Source: an uncultured Puniceicoccaceae bacterium (GTDB lineage: Bacteria > Verrucomicrobiota > Verrucomicrobiia > Opitutales > Oceanipulchritudinaceae). From it: a stretch of DNA of 64,000 nucleotides. The notes under the pieces were generated by a model, which ran no database searches, was not told the DNA's origin, and worked only from the letters and a program-made list of their open reading frames with translations. Location: positions 96,001 through 160,000 of the forward strand of contig CAWVVV010000004.1 of NCBI GenBank assembly GCA_963933835.1, written 5' to 3'. Below, piece after piece: positions 49,950 through 58,755 of this stretch. The position numbers and the translations under genes are program-made. Every line of letters begins with the position of its first letter. The stretch's first letter is position 1.

Positions 49950-50791
49950 TGGTAGATGGAATTGAAAACGTCTCGCCGAATGCGAGTGGCTTCGCCCATG
50001 GAGTGGGTCTTTTCGAGACCTGCGCCCTCGTCGAGAGTAAGGCAGCCTTCTTTGATGAACACTGGGAGCGTCTCGCGGCGTCTGCTGCGTCGCTTGGTCT
50101 TCCTTTTGAATATGACAAAACGGAGGTGGTATTTGCTTTGTGCGAATTCCTAGAGCAGGCAACCAACGCAGACGACTCAGCCTTGAAGCTGACGCTCTAC
50201 GAAGACGCCCCGGGACACACGAAGTTGATTTGGAATTTAAGGGCCAAGAGGAAACTCTCTCCGGAAGTTCGCACCCGGCTCAATCTGTCCAGTCAACAAC
50301 TCAACGAACACGCTGAACTCACGGGGCACAAGACGCTCAACTACTGGCCCAATCGCCGAGGTCTTGAACGAGCGACACAGGCGGGCGTTCTAGATGCGCT
50401 CGTTCTTAATACAAATGGAGTGCTTGCAGAATGCTGGGCGTCGAATGTCTTTATCATCAAAGAGGGCGTAGCTTATACACCACCCCTTGATGATGGTCCT
50501 CTGCCAGGCGTAGTAAGAAGAATCATACGACAGGAAGCCTTACGAAATGGCATCGAGATGGACGAATGCTCTATAACGCTTGAAGATGTGAGTCAGGCGG
50601 AGGCGGTTTTTGTTACGAACAGCCTAATCGGTATTCAAGAGATCACACAGATCGAATTGATGAATACGAGGACATGGAGTGCAGCACAAACTGCACACCC
50701 CATCATCGAGAAGCTTAAAGCATCCTATGCATCTGCTTTAGCAAAAAGCATTTCAATGTTTGGCCCCAGAGGGGAGGGTGCTGTTAGATGA
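49946..50791 (+). CDS. pabC: Class IV aminotransferase / aminodeoxychorismate lyase
   Basis: GLFET, HWERL, HKTLNY, LPGVVR, TNSLIGI; operon context. Confidence 0.8.
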   Translation: MMVDGIENVSPNASGFAHGVGLFETCALVESKAAFFDEHWERLAASAASLGLPFEYDKTEVVFALCEFLEQATNADDSALKLTLYEDAPGHTKLIWNLRAKRKLSPEVRTRLNLSSQQLNEHAELTGHKTLNYWPNRRGLERATQAGVLDALVLNTNGVLAECWASNVFIIKEGVAYTPPLDDGPLPGVVRRIIRQEALRNGIEMDECSITLEDVSQAEAVFVTNSLIGIQEITQIELMNTRTWSAAQTAHPIIEKLKASYASALAKSISMFGPRGEGAVR

Positions 50792-51603
50792 GTGTGGCGT
50801 TCCCAGGTTTCGTTCTAGGACAGCGAACATACCTCATGGGTATTCTGAATCTGACTCCTGATTCATTTTCTGATGGCGGTCGCTTTAACACCCCCGAAGC
50901 GGCTTTAGCCCGCGTCGTTCAGCTAGTAGAGGAAGGGGCTGATATCATCGACATCGGAGGGGAGTCCACTCGCCCGAAGAGTCATTTAGTCAGCACAGCA
51001 GAAGAGCTGCTTCGCGTCATCCCGGTGATTGAGCAACTACGCGAGGCTTTGCCAAATACCGTCCTCTCAATTGATACCACTAAACCAATTGTCGCGGAAG
51101 AAGCGCTAAAGCGGGGAGTCCATATTCTGAACGACGTCCATGGCCTTCATGGGGAAGGGGAGGCACTTGCCGCATTGACTGCAAAATACGACGCGGGGCT
51201 TGTCATCATGCACAATTCTAGATTGCGCCCGATTGATGGAGATCCGATCGAGAGCATGCGGGCCTATTTTGAGGATGCGTTATCGATTGCAGATAGGGCA
51301 GGTGTTTCGAAATCGAAAATCATCTTAGATCCTGGAATTGGTTTTGGTAAAGAGGTCGACGAAAACTGGGCTTTGCTCCGACGTCTCAAGGAACTGAAGC
51401 AGATGGGCCTACCACTACTTCTCGGCGCTTCAAGAAAGAAATTTTTGGGCGAAGGGCTCGATATCGACAACCCCGATGATCGAGATATGGCCACCGTTGG
51501 CACAACTGTCGTTGGCATCGAACAGGGAATCGACATCGTTCGAGTTCACGACGTTAAATCAAATCGCGACGCTGCTCTTGTCGCTGATCGAACTTACCGC
51601 TGA
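50788..51603 (+). CDS. folP: Dihydropteroate synthase
   Basis: MGILNLTPDSFSDGG, IGGESTRP, DPGIGFGK, SRKKF, RVHDV. Confidence 0.96.
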   Translation: MSVAFPGFVLGQRTYLMGILNLTPDSFSDGGRFNTPEAALARVVQLVEEGADIIDIGGESTRPKSHLVSTAEELLRVIPVIEQLREALPNTVLSIDTTKPIVAEEALKRGVHILNDVHGLHGEGEALAALTAKYDAGLVIMHNSRLRPIDGDPIESMRAYFEDALSIADRAGVSKSKIILDPGIGFGKEVDENWALLRRLKELKQMGLPLLLGASRKKFLGEGLDIDNPDDRDMATVGTTVVGIEQGIDIVRVHDVKSNRDAALVADRTYR

Positions 51604-51613
51604 AACAAACATT

Positions 51614-51985
51614 ATGGACCTGAAATCCTACAGTCTGCAGTTAAACAAAGTTGTGCTATACGCCTACCACGGCTGTCTCCCGGAAGAGAATCGCTTAGGT
51701 CAACGCTTTGTCATAGATCTCTGCGCAAAAATTGCTCTTCCAGTAGCGATAGATTCCGATGAGATTAACCACCTGATCAGTTACGCAGATGTCTACGAGG
51801 TGCTAAAAGTCGCCTTTACGGAAAACACCTTCCAGACGCTTGAATCCTGCGCATCTAATATCGCCAGTGCGGTCTTTGAGGCTTTTCAGGGTGTTGTTGT
51901 GATTGACCTAAAAATCAGCAAGCCATCGGTTCCTGTAGATTGCGCCTGCGAGAGCTTCGGAATTTCCGTCAGCTTCACACGGTAA
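51614..51985 (+). CDS. folB: Dihydroneopterin aldolase
   Basis: AYHGCLPEE..LGQRF, ISYADVY, TLES, KISKP. Confidence 0.9.
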   Translation: MDLKSYSLQLNKVVLYAYHGCLPEENRLGQRFVIDLCAKIALPVAIDSDEINHLISYADVYEVLKVAFTENTFQTLESCASNIASAVFEAFQGVVVIDLKISKPSVPVDCACESFGISVSFTR

Positions 51986-52486
51986 ATGTCGGAACGTGTA
52001 TATATTGCAATGGGGTCGAATATCGGCGACCGATTTGCTCATTTAGCCTTCGCGTTCCGTGAATTAAGCAAAATTGCGCTAAATTATGCTGTGGAGTTTT
52101 CCTCGATTTATGAAACCGAAGCCATTGGGCCCGGCGTCCAAAAAAACTACTACAATGCGGTCGTGTCACTGGAGACGTCATGGGCACCAGAGCGCCTTCT
52201 TGAGCACTGTCTTGAAATAGAAATGCAGAGAGGACGAGAGCGACGCGAACGCTGGGGTCCGAGAACACTGGATCTAGATCTCCTCTTTCATGGCGACCGG
52301 ACGCATGCATCCTCTACGCTCACACTACCTCATCCACGCATTCAAGAGAGAGCCTTCGTATTGGCTCCACTGTGCGAGCTAGAGCCACGATTGTTGATTC
52401 AAAGAAAAGCTATTACCCAGCACCTGTCTTGCTTGGACGCTGAGATGACGTCAGTTCGAAGGCTTGATGACTTGAATTTGGGGTAA
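51986..52486 (+). CDS. folK: HPPK (6-hydroxymethyl-7,8-dihydropterin pyrophosphokinase)
   Basis: MGSNIGDR, SSIYET, WGPRTLDLDLL, LPHPR..ERAFVL. Confidence 0.95.
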   Translation: MSERVYIAMGSNIGDRFAHLAFAFRELSKIALNYAVEFSSIYETEAIGPGVQKNYYNAVVSLETSWAPERLLEHCLEIEMQRGRERRERWGPRTLDLDLLFHGDRTHASSTLTLPHPRIQERAFVLAPLCELEPRLLIQRKAITQHLSCLDAEMTSVRRLDDLNLG

Positions 52487-52523
52487 GTCGAGCTCTTCGC
52501 AATCCACTCTAAGTGCGCTTATC

Positions 52524-53720
52524 CTAAGGAAGCGTTTGCCACTCCTTTACTTCAAAGTAGCTCCTCGGGTAGATTCTCGCCTCGGTGATTTCTGCCACTT
52601 CATCGTCATCGTAGCGGTTGATGTATTCCCAAACGATGGTTCCGTTGGCATCTATTTCAAAAACCCGACCACCATCAAATTCAGTAACGATAAGTCCATC
52701 GTGTTCCGTAGGATCGATTTTTCCTCTCGTCACTGAAAACATCTCCTGGTCGATGCGGCTGCCGTATCGAATCGTGGATACGTTTTTCACTGGATCTATC
52801 TCTATAATATTGGATACGCGAGGGAGATCCAAGCTTGTGAGCTTTGTTGTGCGTCTTTCTTCTCCAAATGCGACGCGAATGTAGGTGTTGTTATTAAACA
52901 CATTGATTTTTCCGCCCGCGATAAACTCTGGATCGTGCTGCCGAAGCCAAGGACCAACATGCCACCATTTAACGGCTTTCGTCTTCGGATCGATGACCAT
53001 CAGTAGGTTCAGATCACGCATCGAGAGGATAAGATCCCCCGTTTCAAAGAGGGGAAAGTCATCTGCTAATTCACTCGAGAGCTCGGAGATGTTATTCAAG
53101 TGAACGATCTCTCTGTTCCACGCATCATGCGGGGAGGGCTTGTAGATACTGGCTTTTGAACTTAACAGTGCCTCAAGACCATTGTCATAAAACAACTGAG
53201 GAACGGAAATTTCTTCAATGACCTCACCCTCTTCGGAAACACGCATGAGCGTCGATTCGACAAATGGCGCCTGGAAAGGAGGGAAGGGTGACTGACTGAA
53301 ATGTGGTATCTCGCCAACAGTGCGCTGACCTGGGATCCAAAAGCCTCCGCTTTCGGCGCGTTCAATTGAATGATGAGTGAAGTCGTTAATCGTCCATACA
53401 ACCTGACCAGCGCGATCAAGCTTCGCGGTTCCGCTATAGTCGAAATTGAAAACAACCGAGCCATCGGGGAGTGCCAATGCGCCATGGGTGCCCACATTCC
53501 AGTCACTCGCTGGCGGAGAAGGCAGAAAGGACATGTCTGTAAAGATATCCGCGAACGACAAGGGCCACTGTTGAACGATTGTCCCATCACGCTGTATCAG
53601 CCTTAGCTCATTTGTATCTCCAAAGAATCCAGAGAGGAAAATTAAGTCATCGTCATTTTCGATCAAATTGATCGTAACGCCAGAACCTTCATAACGGGCG
53701 GGTTGAAGCAAATGTTTTGG
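52524..53720 (-). pseudogene. Arylsulfotransferase (ASST)-like beta-propeller protein, 5'-truncated
   Basis: THHSI, HLNNI, RQHDPEF, GRVFEIDANGTIVWEY. The ORF-track N-terminus beyond ~53720 is the antisense of the neighbouring remnant. Confidence 0.65.
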
Positions 53721-53999
53721 CTCGAATACGGGATCGCAACACATCGCCATTTCCTCGGCCTGAAAGACTCCATCTGTTTGCTTAGCCACGAACAACTCTG
53801 CCGTGAACCCTCGGCGCAACTTGAGCAACTAGGTCAGATCCTCGGAACAAAGCACCGCCAGGTTCTTTTGGATCAGGCCAAAACGATCAAAGCCTCGCCG
53901 GACACATCGGAATTCGACGCGACCTTTGATGCAGACCTGTTGAAGGAAGCTCGAGTGCTCTACGCTGCGCTCCTCGAGTGCACTGCATCTGCAACCTAG
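53715..53999 (+). pseudogene. Sulfotransferase-family protein, 3' remnant
   Basis: FWLEY.IATHRH...LSHEQLCREPSAQLEQL resembles the YE.L..P C-terminal sulfotransferase motif; PAPS-binding N-terminus absent. Confidence 0.55.
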
Positions 54000-54005
54000 G
54001 CTAAA

Positions 54006-54093
54006 TGGCGGAGGGAGAGGGATTCGAACCCCCGGAGCCTTGCGGCTCAGTGGTTTTCAAGACCACCGCGATCGTCCACTCTGCCATCCCTCC
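54006..54093 (-). tRNA. tRNA-Ser(TGA)
   Basis: GGAGGGATGGCAGAGTGG...GTGGTC-T-TGA-AAACCAC, long variable arm, GGTTCGAATCC, encoded CCA; 88 nt. Confidence 0.97.
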
Positions 54094-54199
54094 TGCATTG
54101 TGAAAGTGAGGAGCATTCTCAGGACTTTTTTGAAGTCAAGCGGGGACATTGGTATCGAATAGATTGATTCAAAGAAGCGTTCCACTATGTTGCTTTTAA

Positions 54200-54424
54200 A
54201 TGGACGAAAAACGCCTGAAACTTCTACTCCTAAGAGTTGTTCGAAACGAGGATGCCGAAGGCATTACAGTGCTCGAAGCACTGCGTGAACTTGACGGTTT
54301 GAGCAACTCCTCCGGGCTTGAAGGGCAGATGCAGCACTACCTCTCAAAACGAAGTTACGAAAAGGCACTCATACAGCTCGAAACAGGTCATTCCTGCGGA
54401 CACCACACGGGGGAAGCTAACTGA
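54200..54424 (+). CDS. Small hypothetical protein
   Basis: ORF with HYLSKRSYEKAL; promoter-like TTGATT-16-TATGTT upstream; coupled to the next gene. Confidence 0.6.
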   Translation: MDEKRLKLLLLRVVRNEDAEGITVLEALRELDGLSNSSGLEGQMQHYLSKRSYEKALIQLETGHSCGHHTGEAN

Positions 54425-54834
54425 TGCCATCGAAGAAGAAAGAGCGGCTCTCCACTGATGGAGGAAATGATCTCGAAGCGGACAACCCTTTCGCAGGCCT
54501 ATCGCTACAAGGACTTCCGGATAAACCTAAATCCGCCTCCGTCGCTTTCAGCAAGCCAGTTAAAGCTGAACCGAAGCGAAAGAAAGGGCCGGCTCCTAGA
54601 CTGAACTTACGACGTTTGAAAAGCGGCCGCGGAGGAAAGACGGTGACGGAAATCTCCGGCTTTATTGGCGTCAGTAAATCGCAGCTCGAAGCTTTCGCAA
54701 AGCGCTACAAATCCACCTGTGGAGTAGGGGGCTCAGTCCGAGGCCAAGCGATCGAAATTCAAGGTGACCAACGCGAAAAGCTTCGAGGGGTCCTCGAGTC
54801 TGAGGGCTATCAAGTCGTCTATGCTGGCGGATAG
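54424..54834 (+). CDS. yciH: Translation initiation factor SUI1/YciH family
   Basis: GRGGKTVTEISG, CGVGGSV, IEIQGDQR. Confidence 0.9.
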   Translation: MPSKKKERLSTDGGNDLEADNPFAGLSLQGLPDKPKSASVAFSKPVKAEPKRKKGPAPRLNLRRLKSGRGGKTVTEISGFIGVSKSQLEAFAKRYKSTCGVGGSVRGQAIEIQGDQREKLRGVLESEGYQVVYAGG

Positions 54835-54842
54835 GGCACGAG

Positions 54843-56060
54843 CTAGACTTCTATTGTTTCAACGGGCGTATCTTGCTTAGGATCGTTCTCGGTCGGGCGT
54901 AGATACTTCCGCTTCAATAGTCTCCACGCTACGACGAAGAAGGCGGTCAATGGAATCGCGAGAATCATCCCGAGTATCCCATTCAAGGCGACGCCCCAAA
55001 AGAAGATCGCGATGATAATCGTGAGTGGATGCAGCCCTGTCTGCTTGCCCATGATCCGCGGAGTCAGGACGTAGCCCTCAATAAGCTGGACCACAAAAAA
55101 CACCCCTAAAGCAATTAGCATGAGGGTAAGTCCACCATCAGGTTGAAGATAAGCGATCGGCAGAACCGTTCCTAAACCAAAAATCGTTCCGAGATAGGGA
55201 ATGATATTTAATGCACCAATGAAAAGTCCTAGAAAAATCCCAAAGCTCACACCGCCGACACTAAATCCGATTGCAAGGAGGACTCCCATGATCAGTCCGA
55301 TCAAGATCTGACCGCGAAAGAACGCGACCATGCTTGCAGCGAACTCCTTCATTAGGAAAACAATGTCTTCTCGCCATTCGTCTTTCAGGAAAGACAGTTG
55401 ATCATCGAGGTCGTTCGTCGGGTCGCGATCCGTCTGCAAGAAGAAGAAAAGATAGACCGGCAAGATCGCTAGGCCTGTCGCAAGGGAGATAATCCCGGAA
55501 AGCCTCGAGATCAGGTCTTGAGCGGCCGGAGCAGCGAGCCCCAGAAGTCTTTCAATATGACTGGTCAGTGATGCCTGATATTGTGCAAGTCGATCCTGGC
55601 CAAGATTGGCCTCTAGAAATTCGATCACTTGCGGGTAGCGTTCAACAAAGCCAACTTGGACATTCTTCCAGATCGTGGGCAACTTCTCCACGAAACTAAG
55701 GGTTTGGTCGATGAAGACGGGTAGCACCAGTGCTGAGATTGCGACCAAAACGAGGACTACGAGCGCATATAGAGCGATGATCGATGTCGTGCGACCAAGC
55801 TTAAGCCGGGTCTCAAAGGTCTGAACTACAGGGCGAAGGATCAGGGCAAGAATTCCAGCAACGGCTAGCGGCCATAGAACACCTGAAAAAGTGCTAACAA
55901 AGCCCTTCAGGATTAAAAAGACGGCTGCCGAAAAAACGACAATCACAACTGCAGCGAGCAATGCTAGAGCGGTTGCGACCAGTTTCCGCTGAAAAGGATT
56001 CAGCGTTTGAACAAAGTTAGTCGGCGCAGTGCTATGTTTTGTATCCCCCATATCTTTCAA
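54843..56060 (-). CDS. AI-2E family transporter
   Basis: FFRGQ, IPYLG, QLIEGYVLTPRIMG, GLHP, GILGMILAIPL. Confidence 0.9.
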   Translation of the reverse strand: MKDMGDTKHSTAPTNFVQTLNPFQRKLVATALALLAAVVIVVFSAAVFLILKGFVSTFSGVLWPLAVAGILALILRPVVQTFETRLKLGRTTSIIALYALVVLVLVAISALVLPVFIDQTLSFVEKLPTIWKNVQVGFVERYPQVIEFLEANLGQDRLAQYQASLTSHIERLLGLAAPAAQDLISRLSGIISLATGLAILPVYLFFFLQTDRDPTNDLDDQLSFLKDEWREDIVFLMKEFAASMVAFFRGQILIGLIMGVLLAIGFSVGGVSFGIFLGLFIGALNIIPYLGTIFGLGTVLPIAYLQPDGGLTLMLIALGVFFVVQLIEGYVLTPRIMGKQTGLHPLTIIIAIFFWGVALNGILGMILAIPLTAFFVVAWRLLKRKYLRPTENDPKQDTPVETIEV

Positions 56061-56081
56061 AAGATTTCCACCCTAAATAAA

Positions 56082-57614
56082 TCACCGGCCATATAGCCAC
56101 GCAAGCTCACTCAGATAAGCTGCACTCGTTCGCGCCTCTTCGAATTGAGTATAGGTCATGCGCCATTCCCAGTTTCCAGAAGCCATCCCAGGGACATTCA
56201 TACGCGCACTTGAGTCTAGTGACAAAATGTCCTGCATCGCAAAAACGCACAGGCGACTTGGAGAGCTGTAACTTGCGCGAATAAAATCCCAAGTAATCTC
56301 GTCACCGGTAATTCTGAAATAACGACGAAGCTGATCCTTGGTCTCTGGGGATATGCTCTGATACCAGCCTAGGGTGGTGTCGTTGTCGTGGGTTCCTGGA
56401 TACACAACCATGTTTGTGGCAGCGTAGTGAGGAAGGAATACATTTGAATTATCTTCGCCATCGAAAGCGAACTGAAGAATCGACATCCCTGGAAATCCAA
56501 GCTTATCAATAAAGTTGCGAACATCGTCGTTGAGCTCTCCGAGATCTTCGGCAATGATTCTTGCTCCGGCGCCGAATCGCTTTTTCAACGCCTTAAAGAA
56601 AGCGTGTTGAGGGCCATCCTTCCAGACCCCTGACCGAGCATCAGGGGCGTCAGCCGGCACTGCCCAGTAGTCGAAAAACGCGCGAAAGTGGTCGAGTCGA
56701 ATTACATCACAGAGGGCGAAGTTTTGTTCAAGACGCCGCATCCACCATTCAAAGTCATCCTTTGCGAGCTCATCCCAATTATAGACCGGATTTCCCCACA
56801 GTTGCCCTGTTTCTGAGAAGTAGTCGGGCGGGACACCCGCAACTTCAGTACCACGACCGTTTTCATCGAGACAGAAAATAGAACGGTTCGCCCATGTGTC
56901 GGCACTGTCTCCAGACGCATAGATCGGCAAATCCCCAATGATCTCTACATTGCGCTCTTTCGCAAATGAGTGAAGCGCCCCCCATTGGCCCCAGAAAATG
57001 TATTGGACGAATATGTGCAACTCCTGCTCAAGGACGATATGTTCGGGCTTTTTGGCCCTGGAGGCTCTTTCGTAGTCGGCCCATTCCTCCGGCCAGTCCA
57101 TCCAGGCGGCTCCGCCGTGAGCCCGTTTGAGCGCCATGAAGAGCGCGTAGGGTTCAAGCCAGTCGGCATGCTTTTTTCGGAAATCTACTAAGCGTCCGAA
57201 ATTTCCGATGTAAGCTAAGCCACGCATTTTGAAGCGTTCGTGCGCTAGCCTGAGAACCGGCGCATGGATCGCTTGTAAAAAATTAAAGTCGATTCTGTCG
57301 ACTGGCAATTCGGCCAATGGGGCGAGCTCATCGTAGGTCAAGAGGCCCGCATCAAGAAAGACATTCAGATCAATCAAGAGTTGGTTGCCGGCAAAAACCG
57401 AATAGGCCGAGTAGGGCGAGTTGCCGAAGCCTGTTGGTCCCAATGGAAGGATCTGCCAGTATCCAATTTTTGATTCTGAGAGGTAATCAACGAAGGCATG
57501 AGCCGTCGCGCCGATCGTACCAATCCCGTAGGGACCCGGCAAAGATGAAGGATGCAAGAGGACACCAGCCTTGCGTTCAGCGAGCCAGCTAAAGCGACAG
57601 GATGTATCAGCCAT
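56082..57614 (-). CDS. malQ: 4-alpha-glucanotransferase (GH77)
   Basis: GVLLHPSSLP, WQILPLGPT, GVPPDYFS.TGQLWGNP, RLDHFR, AEDLG, GTHDNDT. Confidence 0.95.
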   Translation of the reverse strand: MADTSCRFSWLAERKAGVLLHPSSLPGPYGIGTIGATAHAFVDYLSESKIGYWQILPLGPTGFGNSPYSAYSVFAGNQLLIDLNVFLDAGLLTYDELAPLAELPVDRIDFNFLQAIHAPVLRLAHERFKMRGLAYIGNFGRLVDFRKKHADWLEPYALFMALKRAHGGAAWMDWPEEWADYERASRAKKPEHIVLEQELHIFVQYIFWGQWGALHSFAKERNVEIIGDLPIYASGDSADTWANRSIFCLDENGRGTEVAGVPPDYFSETGQLWGNPVYNWDELAKDDFEWWMRRLEQNFALCDVIRLDHFRAFFDYWAVPADAPDARSGVWKDGPQHAFFKALKKRFGAGARIIAEDLGELNDDVRNFIDKLGFPGMSILQFAFDGEDNSNVFLPHYAATNMVVYPGTHDNDTTLGWYQSISPETKDQLRRYFRITGDEITWDFIRASYSSPSRLCVFAMQDILSLDSSARMNVPGMASGNWEWRMTYTQFEEARTSAAYLSELAWLYGR

Positions 57615-57644
57615 ACTAGGAAGACTAGGGATCAGGATGCCTGA

Positions 57645-58187
57645 CTAATTCTGAAGAATTAGCTTAAAAAAGGAGGTATCAAACCCGCGAGACGCTGAGA
57701 AATCTAACAACCATTCGCGCGTTTCATAGTCGATGACCTTGGACCTGCTAAGCATGTAAAGATAGTTTCGAGTGGGGTGGCCAATAAGAAGAATCGACTG
57801 GTCCTCATTAGCATAAATCACTCGATAGTCATTTTCGAAAGGCCAAAGGAATTGGATGCTCCAATCAGCATTTGTTTGGATCTCATCGATGCGAGCACGG
57901 CCAGTGTAGGTTTTGAAAGCCGAGTCGGGTCCCTTAGGGCGAAAAGAATACGCGATACTCAAGGTGCCATTTGGCTGCTGCGTGAACTGAAATGTTGCAT
58001 CCGTAGGGTTCCTGTCCAACAGCGTAGGCATTGTCCCAACAACGTAGTACGTGCCTAGGATTTGTTGAATATTTACGAAATTCGCTGTGCCTAATTCGCC
58101 GTGTTGCTTGAAAGAAAAACAGCCTGTAAAGAAGAGGCATGCGAGAGCGAGAAGGGAAGATTTCCGAACTAAGCTTTTAAAATGCAT
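57645..58187 (-). CDS. Lipocalin (Blc-like) lipoprotein
   Basis: Lipobox FTGC, QFLWPF..DY.VI, YLYMLSR. Confidence 0.8.
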   Translation of the reverse strand: MHFKSLVRKSSLLALACLFFTGCFSFKQHGELGTANFVNIQQILGTYYVVGTMPTLLDRNPTDATFQFTQQPNGTLSIAYSFRPKGPDSAFKTYTGRARIDEIQTNADWSIQFLWPFENDYRVIYANEDQSILLIGHPTRNYLYMLSRSKVIDYETREWLLDFSASRGFDTSFFKLILQN

Positions 58188-58290
58188 AATAACGGGAAGC
58201 TAAGACCCCGCTTAAAAGGAGCAAGGCCAGAAAAGGGGGCCTAGAGAAATGACTCACGAGTGCTTACGGATGCCTCTCCACTGATAACCA

Positions 58291-58318
58291 ATTAGACATA
58301 ATATATATTGTGCATAAC
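58291..58318 (-). other. dif-like XerC/XerD recombination site
   Basis: GTTATGCACAA-TATATA-TTATGTCTAAT vs E. coli dif GGTGCGCATAA-TGTATA-TTATGTTAAAT (21/28 by hand); intergenic, AT-rich. Confidence 0.8.
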
Positions 58319-58377
58319 AAACACCCGTGACGTATGTCTAGAGTCATTGATGATAAATGGATAGATAAGCTCGAAGC

Positions 58378-58755
58378 TTACGGTATTCTAAGGACGACGT
58401 AACCCCGTTTTCCACGAGCGTTCACAAACAGGCTGTTAGCGCCCTTGCGTAATGCCCGCTCTAGTTCCCCGATCGAATTCACCTCTATGCGGTTGGCTTC
58501 AAGGATGACCATTCCTTCGGCTAGCTTCTTACCATAAGGCGAACGGGCATCTACTGCGGTAACAATGACGCCTTCGCTCGTATCTAGATCCCATTCGCTT
58601 TTACGGTCGGAGTTGTTTGGCGAAAGCGTGACCCCTTCGAGAAGGTCCCCAACTTCAGGCCCCACGCCAACCCCGGATGGTTCATCTAGACTAGTAAGAA
58701 TGACATCAACCGACTCAGGTTCGCCGTCTCGGATGAAACCCGTGAGTTTATATTT
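58378..58755 (-). pseudogene. HtrA/DegP serine protease, C-terminal PDZ remnant
   Basis: KLTGFIRDGEPESVDVIL (end of PDZ1) then GVIVTAVDARSP...GMVILEANR (PDZ2); in-frame stop at 58758-58756; no protease domain. Confidence 0.75.
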
